Source of the DNA: Candidatus Hodarchaeota archaeon
GTDB taxonomy: Archaea > Asgardarchaeota > Heimdallarchaeia > Hodarchaeales > Hodarchaeaceae
Length of the DNA stretch: 64,000 nt
Assembly: GCA_029856365.1 (NCBI GenBank)
Contig: JAHQWW010000002.1
Location: forward strand, 1-64,000
Reading direction: 5' to 3'
The notes under the pieces are model-generated. The model had not been told where the DNA came from. It saw only the letters and a list, made by a program, of their open reading frames with translations, and made no database searches. Shown piece by piece: positions 10,605 to 20,837 of the stretch (its first letter is position 1; the number at the start of each line of letters is the position of its first letter). A program made the translations under genes and the position numbers.

Positions 10605-11252
10605 ATGAATAAAATGATAAGATTATTGATTTTCGATTTAGACGATACCCTCATTCATTCCAATATTAATTATTCAGACATCCGATACCAAATCGCTGAA
10701 CTTTTCGATCCACAGCTTTCAGTTGAAGTAATATCCAAAACACCTATTCTTGAGTTATTAGAGAAATTACAACAAGTACATCCCCATAAATTCTCTGAAG
10801 GTTATGAAAGAATAGATGAAGCCGAAAGAAAAGCTGCAAAAAATGCCACAATAATACCAGGAGCTAATAAAATACCCTTAATAATAAAGAAATATAATTT
10901 ACATTCAGTAATCTATACAAATAATTCAAAAATGACAATAAAACTCTATTTAGCCAACCAGACATTTGAATTTTTAAAGGAGTTTAAAATACTGACCAGA
11001 GAGGACTTTAAGAAACCAAAACCTAACCCTGAGGGTCTTATATCAATAATTGAAGGATTTCATGATAAACAGATCACAAAAGGAAACACAGTATATGTAG
11101 GAGATTCATATATTGACGCAATAGCCGCAAAAAGAGCAGATATTAGATTTATTTGGTTTAATTCTCGAGATATAGATCAAAGTCTTTTTCCAAGACCTCC
11201 GTATGCAACTTTAACGGATTGGTCAGATTTTGAGTCAATTCTCTTTAGATAG
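10605..11252 (+). CDS. HAD-superfamily hydrolase (phosphatase)
   Basis: FDLDDTL, TNN, KPKPNP, VGDSYID. Confidence 0.9.
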   Translation: MNKMIRLLIFDLDDTLIHSNINYSDIRYQIAELFDPQLSVEVISKTPILELLEKLQQVHPHKFSEGYERIDEAERKAAKNATIIPGANKIPLIIKKYNLHSVIYTNNSKMTIKLYLANQTFEFLKEFKILTREDFKKPKPNPEGLISIIEGFHDKQITKGNTVYVGDSYIDAIAAKRADIRFIWFNSRDIDQSLFPRPPYATLTDWSDFESILFR

Positions 11253-12679
11253 TGAAATATATGGTCATTCATTCATCGAAATCAGATAAGTTCAGTCCAT
11301 CAAATAATCTCATTGCCTTGTGTTTGGCTTCTTTTGTTGTAGTCACGGGATTTGGGGTTATTCTACCTTTTTTCCCTTTATATGCTAAAGAAATATTGTT
11401 TAATTTCAGCTTTCTGGGTTTACCAATCGGGATAGCTTTTCAAATTGGGATTATGACCTCTGCTTTTATGTTTACGAGATTCCTATTAGCCCCTTCATTT
11501 GGCGATTTATCCGATGTCTCTGGGCGGAAACCAATCATTCTGGTTGGTATGAGTATTTACACTTTTCTTTTATTTGGATTTGGACTTGCTTTTGATTTTT
11601 TGTCGTTATTAATGCTTCGAGCATTACAAGGGATAGCATCTGCGGCTGTATGGCCCATTGGTGAAGCATTAATTGTAGATACATCAACGAAGAGTACGAC
11701 TGGAAGGAATTTAGGTTATTATATTATGTCAATGCAAGCAGGGATGGCAGCTGGGCCATTAATTGGTTTTATCTTTTATGTGGGATTGAATGGAATAGTG
11801 GGGTTCCCTCCAATTCTATCTTATCGATTAACATTCATTTGTCAAGGAGTATTGGGCCTCTTAGCGACTATGATTGTAGCACTCTTAGTTAAAGATCCCA
11901 GTCAATCAGATTCTGAGAACTTAACGATAATAGGTAGTTTTATGATTGCAATAAAGCAAATGGGAAGAAAGATAATTCAGAGTCCCAGATATCTTGTGAC
12001 AACATTTTCTACTGCTGAAAAATACAGAAGTAGAAGCCTTTATACGATTTATCTCGTTGCCATAATCAATGGGTTTGGGAATGCCATGATCTTCCCAATT
12101 ATTGCATTATTTCTTGATGATTATTATTTCCTGGATCCAGAATTCATCGCTTTAATCATTGGAATTGTTGGTATTCTAGCACTTTCTGGAAACCCCCTGG
12201 GTGGAACATTAAGTGATAAGCTGGCGCGAAAACATGTTGTGTGGATATCGGGCTGTCTAAGAGGTGTTTTTTATCTTATATTAGGAATCCAATGGGGACT
12301 GTTTGCAGTGGTAATCGCCTTCGCAATCCAACGATTTCTGTGGGCAATCTATCAACCAGCATTTAGAGCGATACAGAGCGAGTTAATTCCAGAAACGGTT
12401 CGAGGAAAAGAATTCGGAATCGTACAAGCACTCTTTAATTTTGGGTCTGTAATGGGACCTATTATTGGTGGAGCACTTTACGATTATTTTTTAGATGTTA
12501 CATTCAATTTAAACGGCGTTGTGTACCTAGGGGCTGGTGTCACATTTGTACTTGCAGGTATTCTAGGAATTATTGGAAGCATAACCCTCTTACTGTTTGT
12601 AAACTCCTCTGATTATCAAACCAGCGTAAAAAAGCCTATTCAAGGAACAGAACTGGCTGCAAGCTTGATGGAAAAATGA
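11252..12679 (+). CDS. MFS transporter (DHA1-like)
   Basis: GDLSDVSGRK and GTLSDKLARK loop motifs, RALQG, about 12 TM segments. Confidence 0.92.
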   Translation: MKYMVIHSSKSDKFSPSNNLIALCLASFVVVTGFGVILPFFPLYAKEILFNFSFLGLPIGIAFQIGIMTSAFMFTRFLLAPSFGDLSDVSGRKPIILVGMSIYTFLLFGFGLAFDFLSLLMLRALQGIASAAVWPIGEALIVDTSTKSTTGRNLGYYIMSMQAGMAAGPLIGFIFYVGLNGIVGFPPILSYRLTFICQGVLGLLATMIVALLVKDPSQSDSENLTIIGSFMIAIKQMGRKIIQSPRYLVTTFSTAEKYRSRSLYTIYLVAIINGFGNAMIFPIIALFLDDYYFLDPEFIALIIGIVGILALSGNPLGGTLSDKLARKHVVWISGCLRGVFYLILGIQWGLFAVVIAFAIQRFLWAIYQPAFRAIQSELIPETVRGKEFGIVQALFNFGSVMGPIIGGALYDYFLDVTFNLNGVVYLGAGVTFVLAGILGIIGSITLLLFVNSSDYQTSVKKPIQGTELAASLMEK

Positions 12680-12723
12680 AATTGGGTTGATAATCCTCGG
12701 GTGCAGAACACCAGAGAATATGG

Positions 12724-13191
12724 TCATTCTAAAATCTTCTCCAACAGAATTGTTTCGAGAGTAATCCCATGTCTTATAATTTGGGTTTTAATAAGTGATT
12801 TAAAACCTTTTTTTTGATAAAATTCTTCAGAATAATCAACAGAATTCACAATAATAGAAAAAAATCCTTTATTAAACGCTTCCTTTTCAATGAAATCTAT
12901 AATCATGGATCCAATTCCTTCCCTTTGATACTCTGATTGGATATACATATGTCTGATTTCATTAGCTTTCAGTGCCCCCATACCCACAATTTTATCATCA
13001 GCGACCACGACAACAATAAGTCGATCCTTGGCTATTTTCTGGACGTACTCTGCTGTTCGACCCTTTGCAATCTGTGTCCTCATTTTGATAGGGAGGTTGA
13101 TAGCGTGATAAAGAAAATGATCCTGCATAAGAGAGCTACATTGTAGTGCATCGTCCAAATTAAAATAGCGTAAGACTAGATCAGAAACCAT
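12724..13191 (-). CDS. GNAT acetyltransferase
   Basis: IVGMG, YQREGIGS acetyl-CoA motif, FYQKKGF. Confidence 0.9.
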   Translation of the reverse strand: MVSDLVLRYFNLDDALQCSSLMQDHFLYHAINLPIKMRTQIAKGRTAEYVQKIAKDRLIVVVVADDKIVGMGALKANEIRHMYIQSEYQREGIGSMIIDFIEKEAFNKGFFSIIVNSVDYSEEFYQKKGFKSLIKTQIIRHGITLETILLEKILE

Positions 13192-13476
13192 AACGATACA
13201 GCCCTAGTAGTTTTTTAAAACTTTAATTAAAATTATTTCTAGCCATTATCATAAAATTATAACTTATTTTTCTGAAATTGTTTGGAGAGGAGCATATTTG
13301 GCTTATGAAAATAGTAAATGACGATTTCTTATTTTTATCTTGTAGTATACACCTTCTACATTCTAAAATAATCAGCTTTAAAAATCCTAGATCAACAATC
13401 CATGATAATCTTATTAAAGGTATAAAATAATTTTGAATAATGTAATACCAGCAGACTGCCGACAATAATGTAAGAG

Positions 13477-13752
13477 TTGGATGAGAAAGTGAGAAAATTT
13501 ACTTTTGGAGAACTTGCATATGCGATTGTCGTTGCTGCAGCATACGGGCTAATCATAGGGATTTATATAACTGGTGTTACCGCTCGTGACCCCGAAATTA
13601 TTGATCTTATTATTTTCAGCTTACCCCAATATATTATCCTATGGATGGTGATGATCTGTCTGCATCTTGTTGGAGTTTTATTATTAGTCCGTCTTGAAGA
13701 ACAACAAAAAGGAATCAAGAAAGTAGCTCCGCCTGAGAAAGAACCTGAATGA
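13477..13752 (+). CDS. Small two-TM membrane protein
   Basis: Two hydrophobic helices and a charged C-tail; convergent with the next gene. Confidence 0.7.
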   Translation: MDEKVRKFTFGELAYAIVVAAAYGLIIGIYITGVTARDPEIIDLIIFSLPQYIILWMVMICLHLVGVLLLVRLEEQQKGIKKVAPPEKEPE

Positions 13753-13783
13753 ATTAACTAGAAATTATAAAAAGGAAGAAATC

Positions 13784-16030
13784 CTAGATTCCTGAAAGAT
13801 CATCTTCAGACATTTCTAATACCATTTCCCATATTATTGCCAATTCAGGTAAGAATTCAGAAATGTTATTCTTGCAAGCATCAAGAAGTTGGGGAGTTAA
13901 ATCGTTAAAGATTTTCTTCATTTGTTCTGAAATTGTAGTATTTTCTTTTTGTTTCTCCTTAAAATCATTCAATCGCATTTTTATACTACGATGTTCCTGT
14001 TCTAACCCATAAACGTCTGAGAATCTCTCTCTTAAAAGCTTCAAGAAAATATTTTGGATTTTTAAGTTTATTTCTTCAAAGAATCTTTTTAAGATTTTTT
14101 CGTTGAAATAAAGGACTTTTTCAGCATGTAAACGGGCTCGTCTATCCTCCTCTAAGTTTTCGAGTCGTTTCTTTTCAGCTATTTTCATTGTTTCAATACG
14201 TGCTTGCTCTTTCTTTATCGCTAAGTCAATACGATCAGTTACTGATTCATCGGCCGGTATAATCCTAAATGACTCTTCTATTTTTCCTGATAGCCGTAGA
14301 TTACCAGGTTCACAGAAATCTTCGGCCCCGTGGTGAATAAATTGCTCTAGCTTCGTTGCTCGGGCATCTATCATTGTTTTTACCCTCAGATCAGTTAATA
14401 ATTGATTGATTTTACTGAAAACTTGTCGTTGTTTCAAAGACTTAGCCTGAAACTCCAATGACGCCTCATTTTGGCAAAGTAGACCCACAATTCGGACCTC
14501 ATCTGTGGAAAAAAATACTAAAGTATTCTTTCCTTCATGCTTTTGATGTTTATACAAAAATTCCACAGGATAGAAGCTAATTTCAATATCTGGATTAGTT
14601 TGAAGCAACATTAAGCGTAAAACATTCGAACAATGATCAGTGATGAGTTTTATATGATCTAATAACTGCTTTGTTTGATCCCTAGTAATCATAGATGATT
14701 TAATCCCTAAAGTATCCATTCTTTTTAAGGTAATCTCTTTTGGTGTATCTATTATCATTTCTACAATGTTAGCTTGACTTATATCTTGTTTAAGAACACC
14801 AATAGGGATTAACCCTTGTTCCCGAAGTTCATCTTTCATTTCCAGAAAATTATATTCTTCTTGTAAGTTGTGTATATACATCTCCATCCAAGCTGAGAGT
14901 AACATATCCATATGTTCGGTTGCAGGATTAACCTGATCCTTCAAACGGCTTGAAATCCCTCTGATATCGATACAACGCTGTTTAGAATATGAGATGATCG
15001 ATTGTAAATTCACATTTTGTTCTGAAAGTAACAGGTAATTCCAATTTCCTAGAGAGTTTGGAAACCCATTATTTGGAGAGCTTTCTTCGAAATTATGAAT
15101 ATAGAAAAATCTCTCTTCTGGTCTTTGGTCTAGTACCTTTATCTGAACATGAAACTTAGCAAAGAGGAATTGTTGAGGATTGTCAGTATCACTTAACGTT
15201 TGTACCATATGTAAAGAGTTTTTTAGTTCTTGCTTCAATACTTCGTTCGGAACTATTTTTTCATCATATGCAATAGAGGTAAATAACTCTCTCGAGTCAG
15301 TTTCATAAAAAACTGAAGTAGCAAATTCATGTGGCCGACGTCCAATATCACCAAAAGACTCCAATTCCTTTACATCATCTTCAAATTTTTGAATGAAGTA
15401 TTCCTCCACAAAAGGTTGAATTACAAAGAACCCTGCATCAAAATAGAATTGAGGATCCATCTCAGCAATAGGGAATTTGTTAATAATATCTTTGTAAAAT
15501 TCTGAGGCAAACTCTTTATTTAAAGCACCAGCTAACTCAGCCATTGCCCATCTCAGATCCAAATTGGGTAGTACTTGTTTTAAAAATGAAAATAACGGCA
15601 CTGCGTAAACATCCACTAGATTAGTTGCAATTATTTTTTGATCGACCAATAAACGAGCATGAGTAATCAGATCTTTTTCTATCTTGACCGCCCAATCATA
15701 AAGGAGAGAGTATAAATGAACCAGCGATTCAAAATCTAACGTTAAATGTTCTCTGGCAACAATAAGATTTTCGAGTACAACATCGACTCTCTCATCCTCA
15801 TCTCCTCTATCTCTTGCTTCTTTATCCCTTTTTAGCTTATCCATAACATAATTAGCCAGATAAAACGCTGAAACTGCTGTATCAACGTCTGTATTGTAAG
15901 TGTTTGCCAAGTCCTGTAACAATTCATCGTACATGACTTTATATGTTCCAAAAATCTCTAGAACATTTCTTCTTCTTGCAAGAATTTCCTTAAGCTCATC
16001 AATCAAAGACATACCGTATTCTACGGCCAT
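13784..16030 (-). CDS. Large hypothetical protein (748 aa), mostly helical, with C-terminal coiled coil
   Basis: Long ORF with GGTGA RBS upstream; no recognisable catalytic motif. Confidence 0.8.
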   Translation of the reverse strand: MAVEYGMSLIDELKEILARRRNVLEIFGTYKVMYDELLQDLANTYNTDVDTAVSAFYLANYVMDKLKRDKEARDRGDEDERVDVVLENLIVAREHLTLDFESLVHLYSLLYDWAVKIEKDLITHARLLVDQKIIATNLVDVYAVPLFSFLKQVLPNLDLRWAMAELAGALNKEFASEFYKDIINKFPIAEMDPQFYFDAGFFVIQPFVEEYFIQKFEDDVKELESFGDIGRRPHEFATSVFYETDSRELFTSIAYDEKIVPNEVLKQELKNSLHMVQTLSDTDNPQQFLFAKFHVQIKVLDQRPEERFFYIHNFEESSPNNGFPNSLGNWNYLLLSEQNVNLQSIISYSKQRCIDIRGISSRLKDQVNPATEHMDMLLSAWMEMYIHNLQEEYNFLEMKDELREQGLIPIGVLKQDISQANIVEMIIDTPKEITLKRMDTLGIKSSMITRDQTKQLLDHIKLITDHCSNVLRLMLLQTNPDIEISFYPVEFLYKHQKHEGKNTLVFFSTDEVRIVGLLCQNEASLEFQAKSLKQRQVFSKINQLLTDLRVKTMIDARATKLEQFIHHGAEDFCEPGNLRLSGKIEESFRIIPADESVTDRIDLAIKKEQARIETMKIAEKKRLENLEEDRRARLHAEKVLYFNEKILKRFFEEINLKIQNIFLKLLRERFSDVYGLEQEHRSIKMRLNDFKEKQKENTTISEQMKKIFNDLTPQLLDACKNNISEFLPELAIIWEMVLEMSEDDLSGI

Positions 16031-16213
16031 TAAATCACCAGATTTCTCTCTTATAATAGATTAGGATTTTTAAGAATGTGATAATTAATATGTATTTACC
16101 TACCAAAAAGAGAATTTATTTGGTTTAGATAATTCTTAGATATGAAAGTGGATCTTAAGAGATAAAAATCATTCAAATTTCCCCTAGATATTTATTTAGC
16201 AATAAATATCTAA

Positions 16214-16566
16214 ATTTACGAAGTTAAATGCCTCTCCATTGAAAACTTAGCTGGAGAGGTTTATATCACTGATTTCAGTATCCAAGAAATACATAACCAT
16301 CCTAATGGATTCCAAGAATTAGATGTCTTGGCTCCTGGTAGCGGATACGAGGCCTATATCCTAGAAATCCTGAATATCTTCATCTTCCTTGGTAATCGAC
16401 AGCACTTGAGATCCAACCAGGAAGTATGGCTATTGTTGATATGTTATATAACGAATTTGACAACTTCCCAGGATGGGGTTGGACGAATGTAGAATAGGAT
16501 TCGGATGCGACTGGATCGGGTCTAATACAAGCTGCTCTTGCGGTAACTGCCGCAGCTACAGTATAA
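16214..16566 (+). pseudogene. Possible degraded gene remnant
   Basis: Protein-like stretches in shifting frames (ENLAGEVYITDFSIQEIHNHPNGFQELDVLAPGSGYE; PGSMAIVDMLYNEFDNFPGWGWTNVE*), with no intact start or family. Confidence 0.3.
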
Positions 16567-16654
16567 TCTCATACATTTCCCTCCTTTTTATTTTTCACAG
16601 TTACCTAAACGCCTTCTACCTAAGTAAAGGTGTTAAAGGACTGTTTTATACCTT

Positions 16655-18766
16655 TCATTTTAGAAGCCTGAGAGAGTTCAATACTGTTAAAATTGTCACT
16701 CCCACATCACCAAATACTGCAGCCCACATAGTAGCAAGTCCCATTGCCCCCAAAAGTATGAATAATGTTTTAATTCCTAATGCCGCCACAATATTCTGTT
16801 TTGCTAATCTGCTGGTTCTTCTTGAAATATCAATTGCATCACTTAGTTTTAAAGGATTATCTTCCATGATAACTAAGTCTGCTGCTTCAATAGTCGCATC
16901 TGAACCAATTCCGCCCATTGCCACCCCAATATCTGCTCTTGCAATAACTGGTGCATCGTTAATACCATCTCCAACAAAAACCACGGCTCCTGCTTCGGAA
17001 TTCTTATGAATATAGCTTTCTAACACTTCTAATTTATTTAAAGGCATCAAATTGGCATATATTTCTGTTTGATCAATTCCTAACTCCCTTCCAACTCTTT
17101 CTGCAACATTTTTGGCGTCACCAGTTAATAAACCAATAGTTAAGATGTTTTGGGACTTTAATTTCTTAATTGCTGTAAACGAAGTGTCTTTAATCTGATC
17201 ATCAATGATTATATGGCCAATATACTCCCCATTTTTTATTACATAAACTGCAGTTTCATCTCGAATGCATTCTGAATGAGGACAATTCACTTTATGTGCT
17301 AATTTATCATTCCCTACAATGATGGAATCATTCGACGTAGTCTTCATAATAACTCCTAAAGCAGCTAATTCCTCATACTCCTCAATTTGGGTTAAATCGA
17401 TTTGTTTTCCATATGCTTCACGAATTGAAACGGCAATAGGATGTGTAGAATGCGCTTCAGCGAGAGCAGCATAGTTTAGGACATCATGAGGACTGTAATC
17501 TGGAGCTGGTACAATTGTAACTACTTGAAACATACCTACAGTTAATGTTCCTGTTTTATCCCATAGAACGGTTGTCACATTATTTAATGAATCAATAACA
17601 TTAGCCCCCTTAAGTAAAATCCCTTCCCGTGAGCTCTTGCCAATTCCAGAGAAATAAACCAAGGGTATAGAAACAACTAAAGCACATGGACAAGAAATGA
17701 CTAAAATAACAAATGCGCGGTAGACCCACACATTTAAAGCTTGGCCGAATAAAACAGGGGGAATAACTGCTATTACGAGAGCTACCACAAGAACTAGTGG
17801 GGTATAATAGCGAGCAAATCGTGTGATAAGAAGTTCAGTTTTTGATTTATTTTTGGCTGCATTTTCAACAGCATTTAAGATTCTTGAAACAGTGCTATCA
17901 AAACAGGGGGATGTGACTTGAATGTGAATACTTTTACTCGCTATTGAACCAGATAAAACATTATCACCTTCGTTCACAGTCACAGGACGAGATTCTCCAG
18001 TTAGAGCTGACATATCTAGATTTGTCTGGCCTTTAACGATTTTTCCATCTAATGGAACTCGTTCTCCTGGTTTTACTAGAATTGTATCACCTGGAGTAAT
18101 TTCAGTAATGGGGACTGTAATAATTTTGTCTGTTTTAACAAGATGAGCTTGATCTGGGCGGATATCCAACAAAGAGCTAATTGATTGACGTGAATGATTG
18201 ATAGCTTTTGTCTGAAGAAATTCCCCAATCGTATAAAAAACCATGACAGCTACAGCCTCAGGAATCTCCTGTATGAAAATTGCTCCAATCGTTGCTATAG
18301 ACATTAAAATATATTCATTTGTAAAATTGTAATTCTTTAACTGAAGAATAGCATTCCTGAGTACTTTCCATCCAGCGATAAAGTATGCAAAAAACAATGA
18401 TAAATTTCCTGTTAAAATAAGAATTTCTGCCATTGAGGGGTGTGTTAATACAATTCCCAAAATAAGAAATATTAATGAAATAAAGATCTGAACAATAGGA
18501 ACCCAATCTTCGGTTATTTGTCTTTGACCTAGGCCTCTAATCACGGGGATGGCAAGAACTCCTGGTTCGATTTTAGAAATGATTGCATTTATCTCATCTG
18601 CGTGGGAGTCACATCCTTTCTCTCCACAACTAAATGTTAGTACCCTTGTAACAAAATTTAACTGCACGTTAGAAAAATCCTGCCCTTTCAAAGTATCCTC
18701 AATCTTAAGTGCACAATTAGTACAGCTTAGCCCTTTGATAGAAAATTCATGGATATCCTGACCCAC
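16655..18766 (-). CDS. cadA: Cd/Zn/Pb-translocating P1B-type ATPase
   Basis: N-terminal CTNC metal-binding domain, TGES, CPC, DKTGT, HP, GDGINDAP, K in TM7 and DVG in TM8. Confidence 0.95.
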   Translation of the reverse strand: MGQDIHEFSIKGLSCTNCALKIEDTLKGQDFSNVQLNFVTRVLTFSCGEKGCDSHADEINAIISKIEPGVLAIPVIRGLGQRQITEDWVPIVQIFISLIFLILGIVLTHPSMAEILILTGNLSLFFAYFIAGWKVLRNAILQLKNYNFTNEYILMSIATIGAIFIQEIPEAVAVMVFYTIGEFLQTKAINHSRQSISSLLDIRPDQAHLVKTDKIITVPITEITPGDTILVKPGERVPLDGKIVKGQTNLDMSALTGESRPVTVNEGDNVLSGSIASKSIHIQVTSPCFDSTVSRILNAVENAAKNKSKTELLITRFARYYTPLVLVVALVIAVIPPVLFGQALNVWVYRAFVILVISCPCALVVSIPLVYFSGIGKSSREGILLKGANVIDSLNNVTTVLWDKTGTLTVGMFQVVTIVPAPDYSPHDVLNYAALAEAHSTHPIAVSIREAYGKQIDLTQIEEYEELAALGVIMKTTSNDSIIVGNDKLAHKVNCPHSECIRDETAVYVIKNGEYIGHIIIDDQIKDTSFTAIKKLKSQNILTIGLLTGDAKNVAERVGRELGIDQTEIYANLMPLNKLEVLESYIHKNSEAGAVVFVGDGINDAPVIARADIGVAMGGIGSDATIEAADLVIMEDNPLKLSDAIDISRRTSRLAKQNIVAALGIKTLFILLGAMGLATMWAAVFGDVGVTILTVLNSLRLLK

Positions 18767-18779
18767 TTCGGTAATCCTC

Positions 18780-19142
18780 CTAAGCTGTAGGATGTTCTTT
18801 AAGGTGTTCTAATGCATTAGTTATAATCGGTTCTAAGTGCTCAATTTCGAGTGAATAATAGTTTTCTTTCCCATTACGGCGATATTTGACGAAATTCCCC
18901 TCCCTGAGTTCCTTCAATTGATGAGAGACAGCTGAAGGAGATAAACCTAAGATATCACTAAGATCACATACGCAAAGTTCTGTCTCAAATAGAGCTAGGA
19001 GAATTTTAATCCTTGTTTCTCCAGAAATAATTTTGAAAAATTTCGTTAATTGGTTTGGATTTGATTCATCGATCCTTTTACGGGCAATTTTTATCTGTTG
19101 TGGATGGATTACGATCGTTTTACAAGGTTCTGCCATTTTCAA
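18780..19142 (-). CDS. cadC: ArsR/SmtB-family metal-sensing repressor (CadC-like)
   Basis: N-terminal Cys, ELCVCDL, SAVSHQL; directly upstream of cadA. Confidence 0.9.
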   Translation of the reverse strand: MKMAEPCKTIVIHPQQIKIARKRIDESNPNQLTKFFKIISGETRIKILLALFETELCVCDLSDILGLSPSAVSHQLKELREGNFVKYRRNGKENYYSLEIEHLEPIITNALEHLKEHPTA

Positions 19143-19150
19143 CCGAACTC

Positions 19151-19170
19151 TAAATGAAATGATTCATTTA
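19151..19170. promoter_or_regulatory. Inverted repeat, putative CadC operator 1
   Basis: TAAATGAA-atga-TTCATTTA, a perfect 8-4-8 palindrome just upstream of cadC. Confidence 0.7.
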
Positions 19171-19194
19171 AGAATTTGTTAACAATAGTTTATA

Positions 19195-19222
19195 AAACAT
19201 TTGAATAGATCCTCAAATGTTT
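19195..19222. promoter_or_regulatory. Inverted repeat, putative CadC operator 2, abutting TATA box
   Basis: AAACATTTGA-atagatcc-TCAAATGTTT, a perfect 10-8-10 repeat. The minus strand has TTTTATAAA at about 19189-19197. Confidence 0.7.
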
Positions 19223-19300
19223 CAATACTTCAATCTAATTTTGTTGGTTGGTCAAGATCCAATTTCAATAAAAATAGGAACATTATAGTTTAGTATATCT

Positions 19301-19906
19301 TTAAATGTTGTGTAGACCATTTTCTTTCAACATGTAAAGGATTCCAGTTTTAACTCCAGCAGTTATCTCTTCTTGCCAAGTTTTTAATAGTGAAAGAATA
19401 ATTCCATGATGTTCCATTCTTTTCAATCCAATCTCATGTTCGATTTCATTACGAGAAAAAGTCATATCTGTTAAAATAACGACTTTATATCCATTAGCTT
19501 GAAGATCAATCGCAGTTTGAGCGATACACACGTCAGTTTCAAACCCACAGAGTACAGCAACCAAGCGTTGGGTATTTTTCATTTGTATAATTCCCTTTTG
19601 GATATCCTTTTGGCCCCAACAGCTATAAATGAATTTATCATAGATTTGAACGTTTGGAGGCAATGTACTCTGAATTGATACAGGGATGGAGTCATTCTTT
19701 TGGATATCCTCCGCAGTGATGATGAGAGGGATTTTTAACACATGAGAAAGCCTGATTATGTGGTTATACTTCTTTAAGAAGATTAATCGCTCTTCATTAG
19801 TGAGACCTAGCATAAATTTCGATTGGACATCAATAATAATGATAAAACAATCACTAGCATTTATCAAATTTGATGAACGAGATACAGGTTCAATATTATC
19901 TTCCAT
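19301..19906 (-). CDS. Isochorismatase-family cysteine hydrolase
   Basis: IIDVQ, DK..YSCW, GFETDVCIAQTA. Confidence 0.9.
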   Translation of the reverse strand: MEDNIEPVSRSSNLINASDCFIIIIDVQSKFMLGLTNEERLIFLKKYNHIIRLSHVLKIPLIITAEDIQKNDSIPVSIQSTLPPNVQIYDKFIYSCWGQKDIQKGIIQMKNTQRLVAVLCGFETDVCIAQTAIDLQANGYKVVILTDMTFSRNEIEHEIGLKRMEHHGIILSLLKTWQEEITAGVKTGILYMLKENGLHNI

Positions 19907-20017
19907 TGTGATTCATCTTTTAGATCTAAGTAATATCATTTTAAAAACATTGAATCACTAAACCCAAGTGGAAAAGGAAAAACCATTGATAAACCTTAAA
20001 AGATGGAGTAAATAAAT

Positions 20018-20149
20018 GTGATTCTCATCCAAACCTATCAAGAGCTCTATTATGCCTTGAAAGTGCTTCAAATGCTAAAAGAAAGCGATCAACCGCTGTA
20101 TGAAAAGCTTCATAAACAAATTAAAGGTCAAATCGAAAAACTAGTCTGA
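20018..20149 (+). CDS. Small 43-aa helical protein (below ORF-track cutoff)
   Basis: GGAG RBS then GTG: MILIQTYQELYYALKVLQMLKESDQPLYEKLHKQIKGQIEKLV*; fills the gap between genes. Confidence 0.55.
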   Translation: MILIQTYQELYYALKVLQMLKESDQPLYEKLHKQIKGQIEKLV

Positions 20150-20201
20150 AAAATCGAATATTCCTTGAAACCTATAAGCTGAAGCTTTTTAGTTTTGATG
20201 T

Positions 20202-20696
20202 CTAACTGATATCATAGATGAATGGGGGTTTGATTCCCAACATACGAAGATAAACGCATAATTGACCCCGATGGTGGATCGTCTCTTCCAGAATTGTTGT
20301 TAATGATTCAAAACCGCCTATCTGGACACCTCCCCAACAAGTGTAAGTTATTTTTTTGTCCATATCCGCTTCTATCAGTTTTGAGAAATTTTCTCTTATA
20401 TAGGTTTTGACTTTTTCCCCGTATTCGATGATTTCGGATGTTGATTCGATATTTTTTGAATCAAATGGAATAATAGAGTAATCATTATCAGAGAATTCTC
20501 CTTTTAATGTACCAGCCATATATGCCAATGAAACCATATAAACATGAGTCCCAAGTTCTGCCGCACTCATCGCGTCATCAACGGGTTTCCAGTTAAGTTT
20601 ATCATCAGGAATAAGCATAATAGCTTTATCAAGGGTTTTCATGGCATGATTCAAAGTATAATCAAACTGTTGTTTAACAGATTCCAATTTTGACAT
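20202..20696 (-). CDS. DinB/YfiT-family protein
   Basis: KLNWKP...MSAAEL..H, IHHRGQLCVYLRMLGIKPP. Confidence 0.92.
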   Translation of the reverse strand: MSKLESVKQQFDYTLNHAMKTLDKAIMLIPDDKLNWKPVDDAMSAAELGTHVYMVSLAYMAGTLKGEFSDNDYSIIPFDSKNIESTSEIIEYGEKVKTYIRENFSKLIEADMDKKITYTCWGGVQIGGFESLTTILEETIHHRGQLCVYLRMLGIKPPFIYDIS

Positions 20697-20837
20697 TACA
20701 TATCATAACTCCTTGGCATTTTTTCAAAAAGCTAACTTTCTTCATTTTAATTACCCTTCTGCCTATTAATAAAGATTCGTCATCTAACCATAGTTTATTA
20801 TAATATCTCCATTTCAGGCGCAAAACCCTCTTAAGAA

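Noticed and set aside
16473-17009. 178-aa plus-strand ORF with Cys-rich start
   Set aside because: It is mostly an antisense shadow of cadA, with no family signal.
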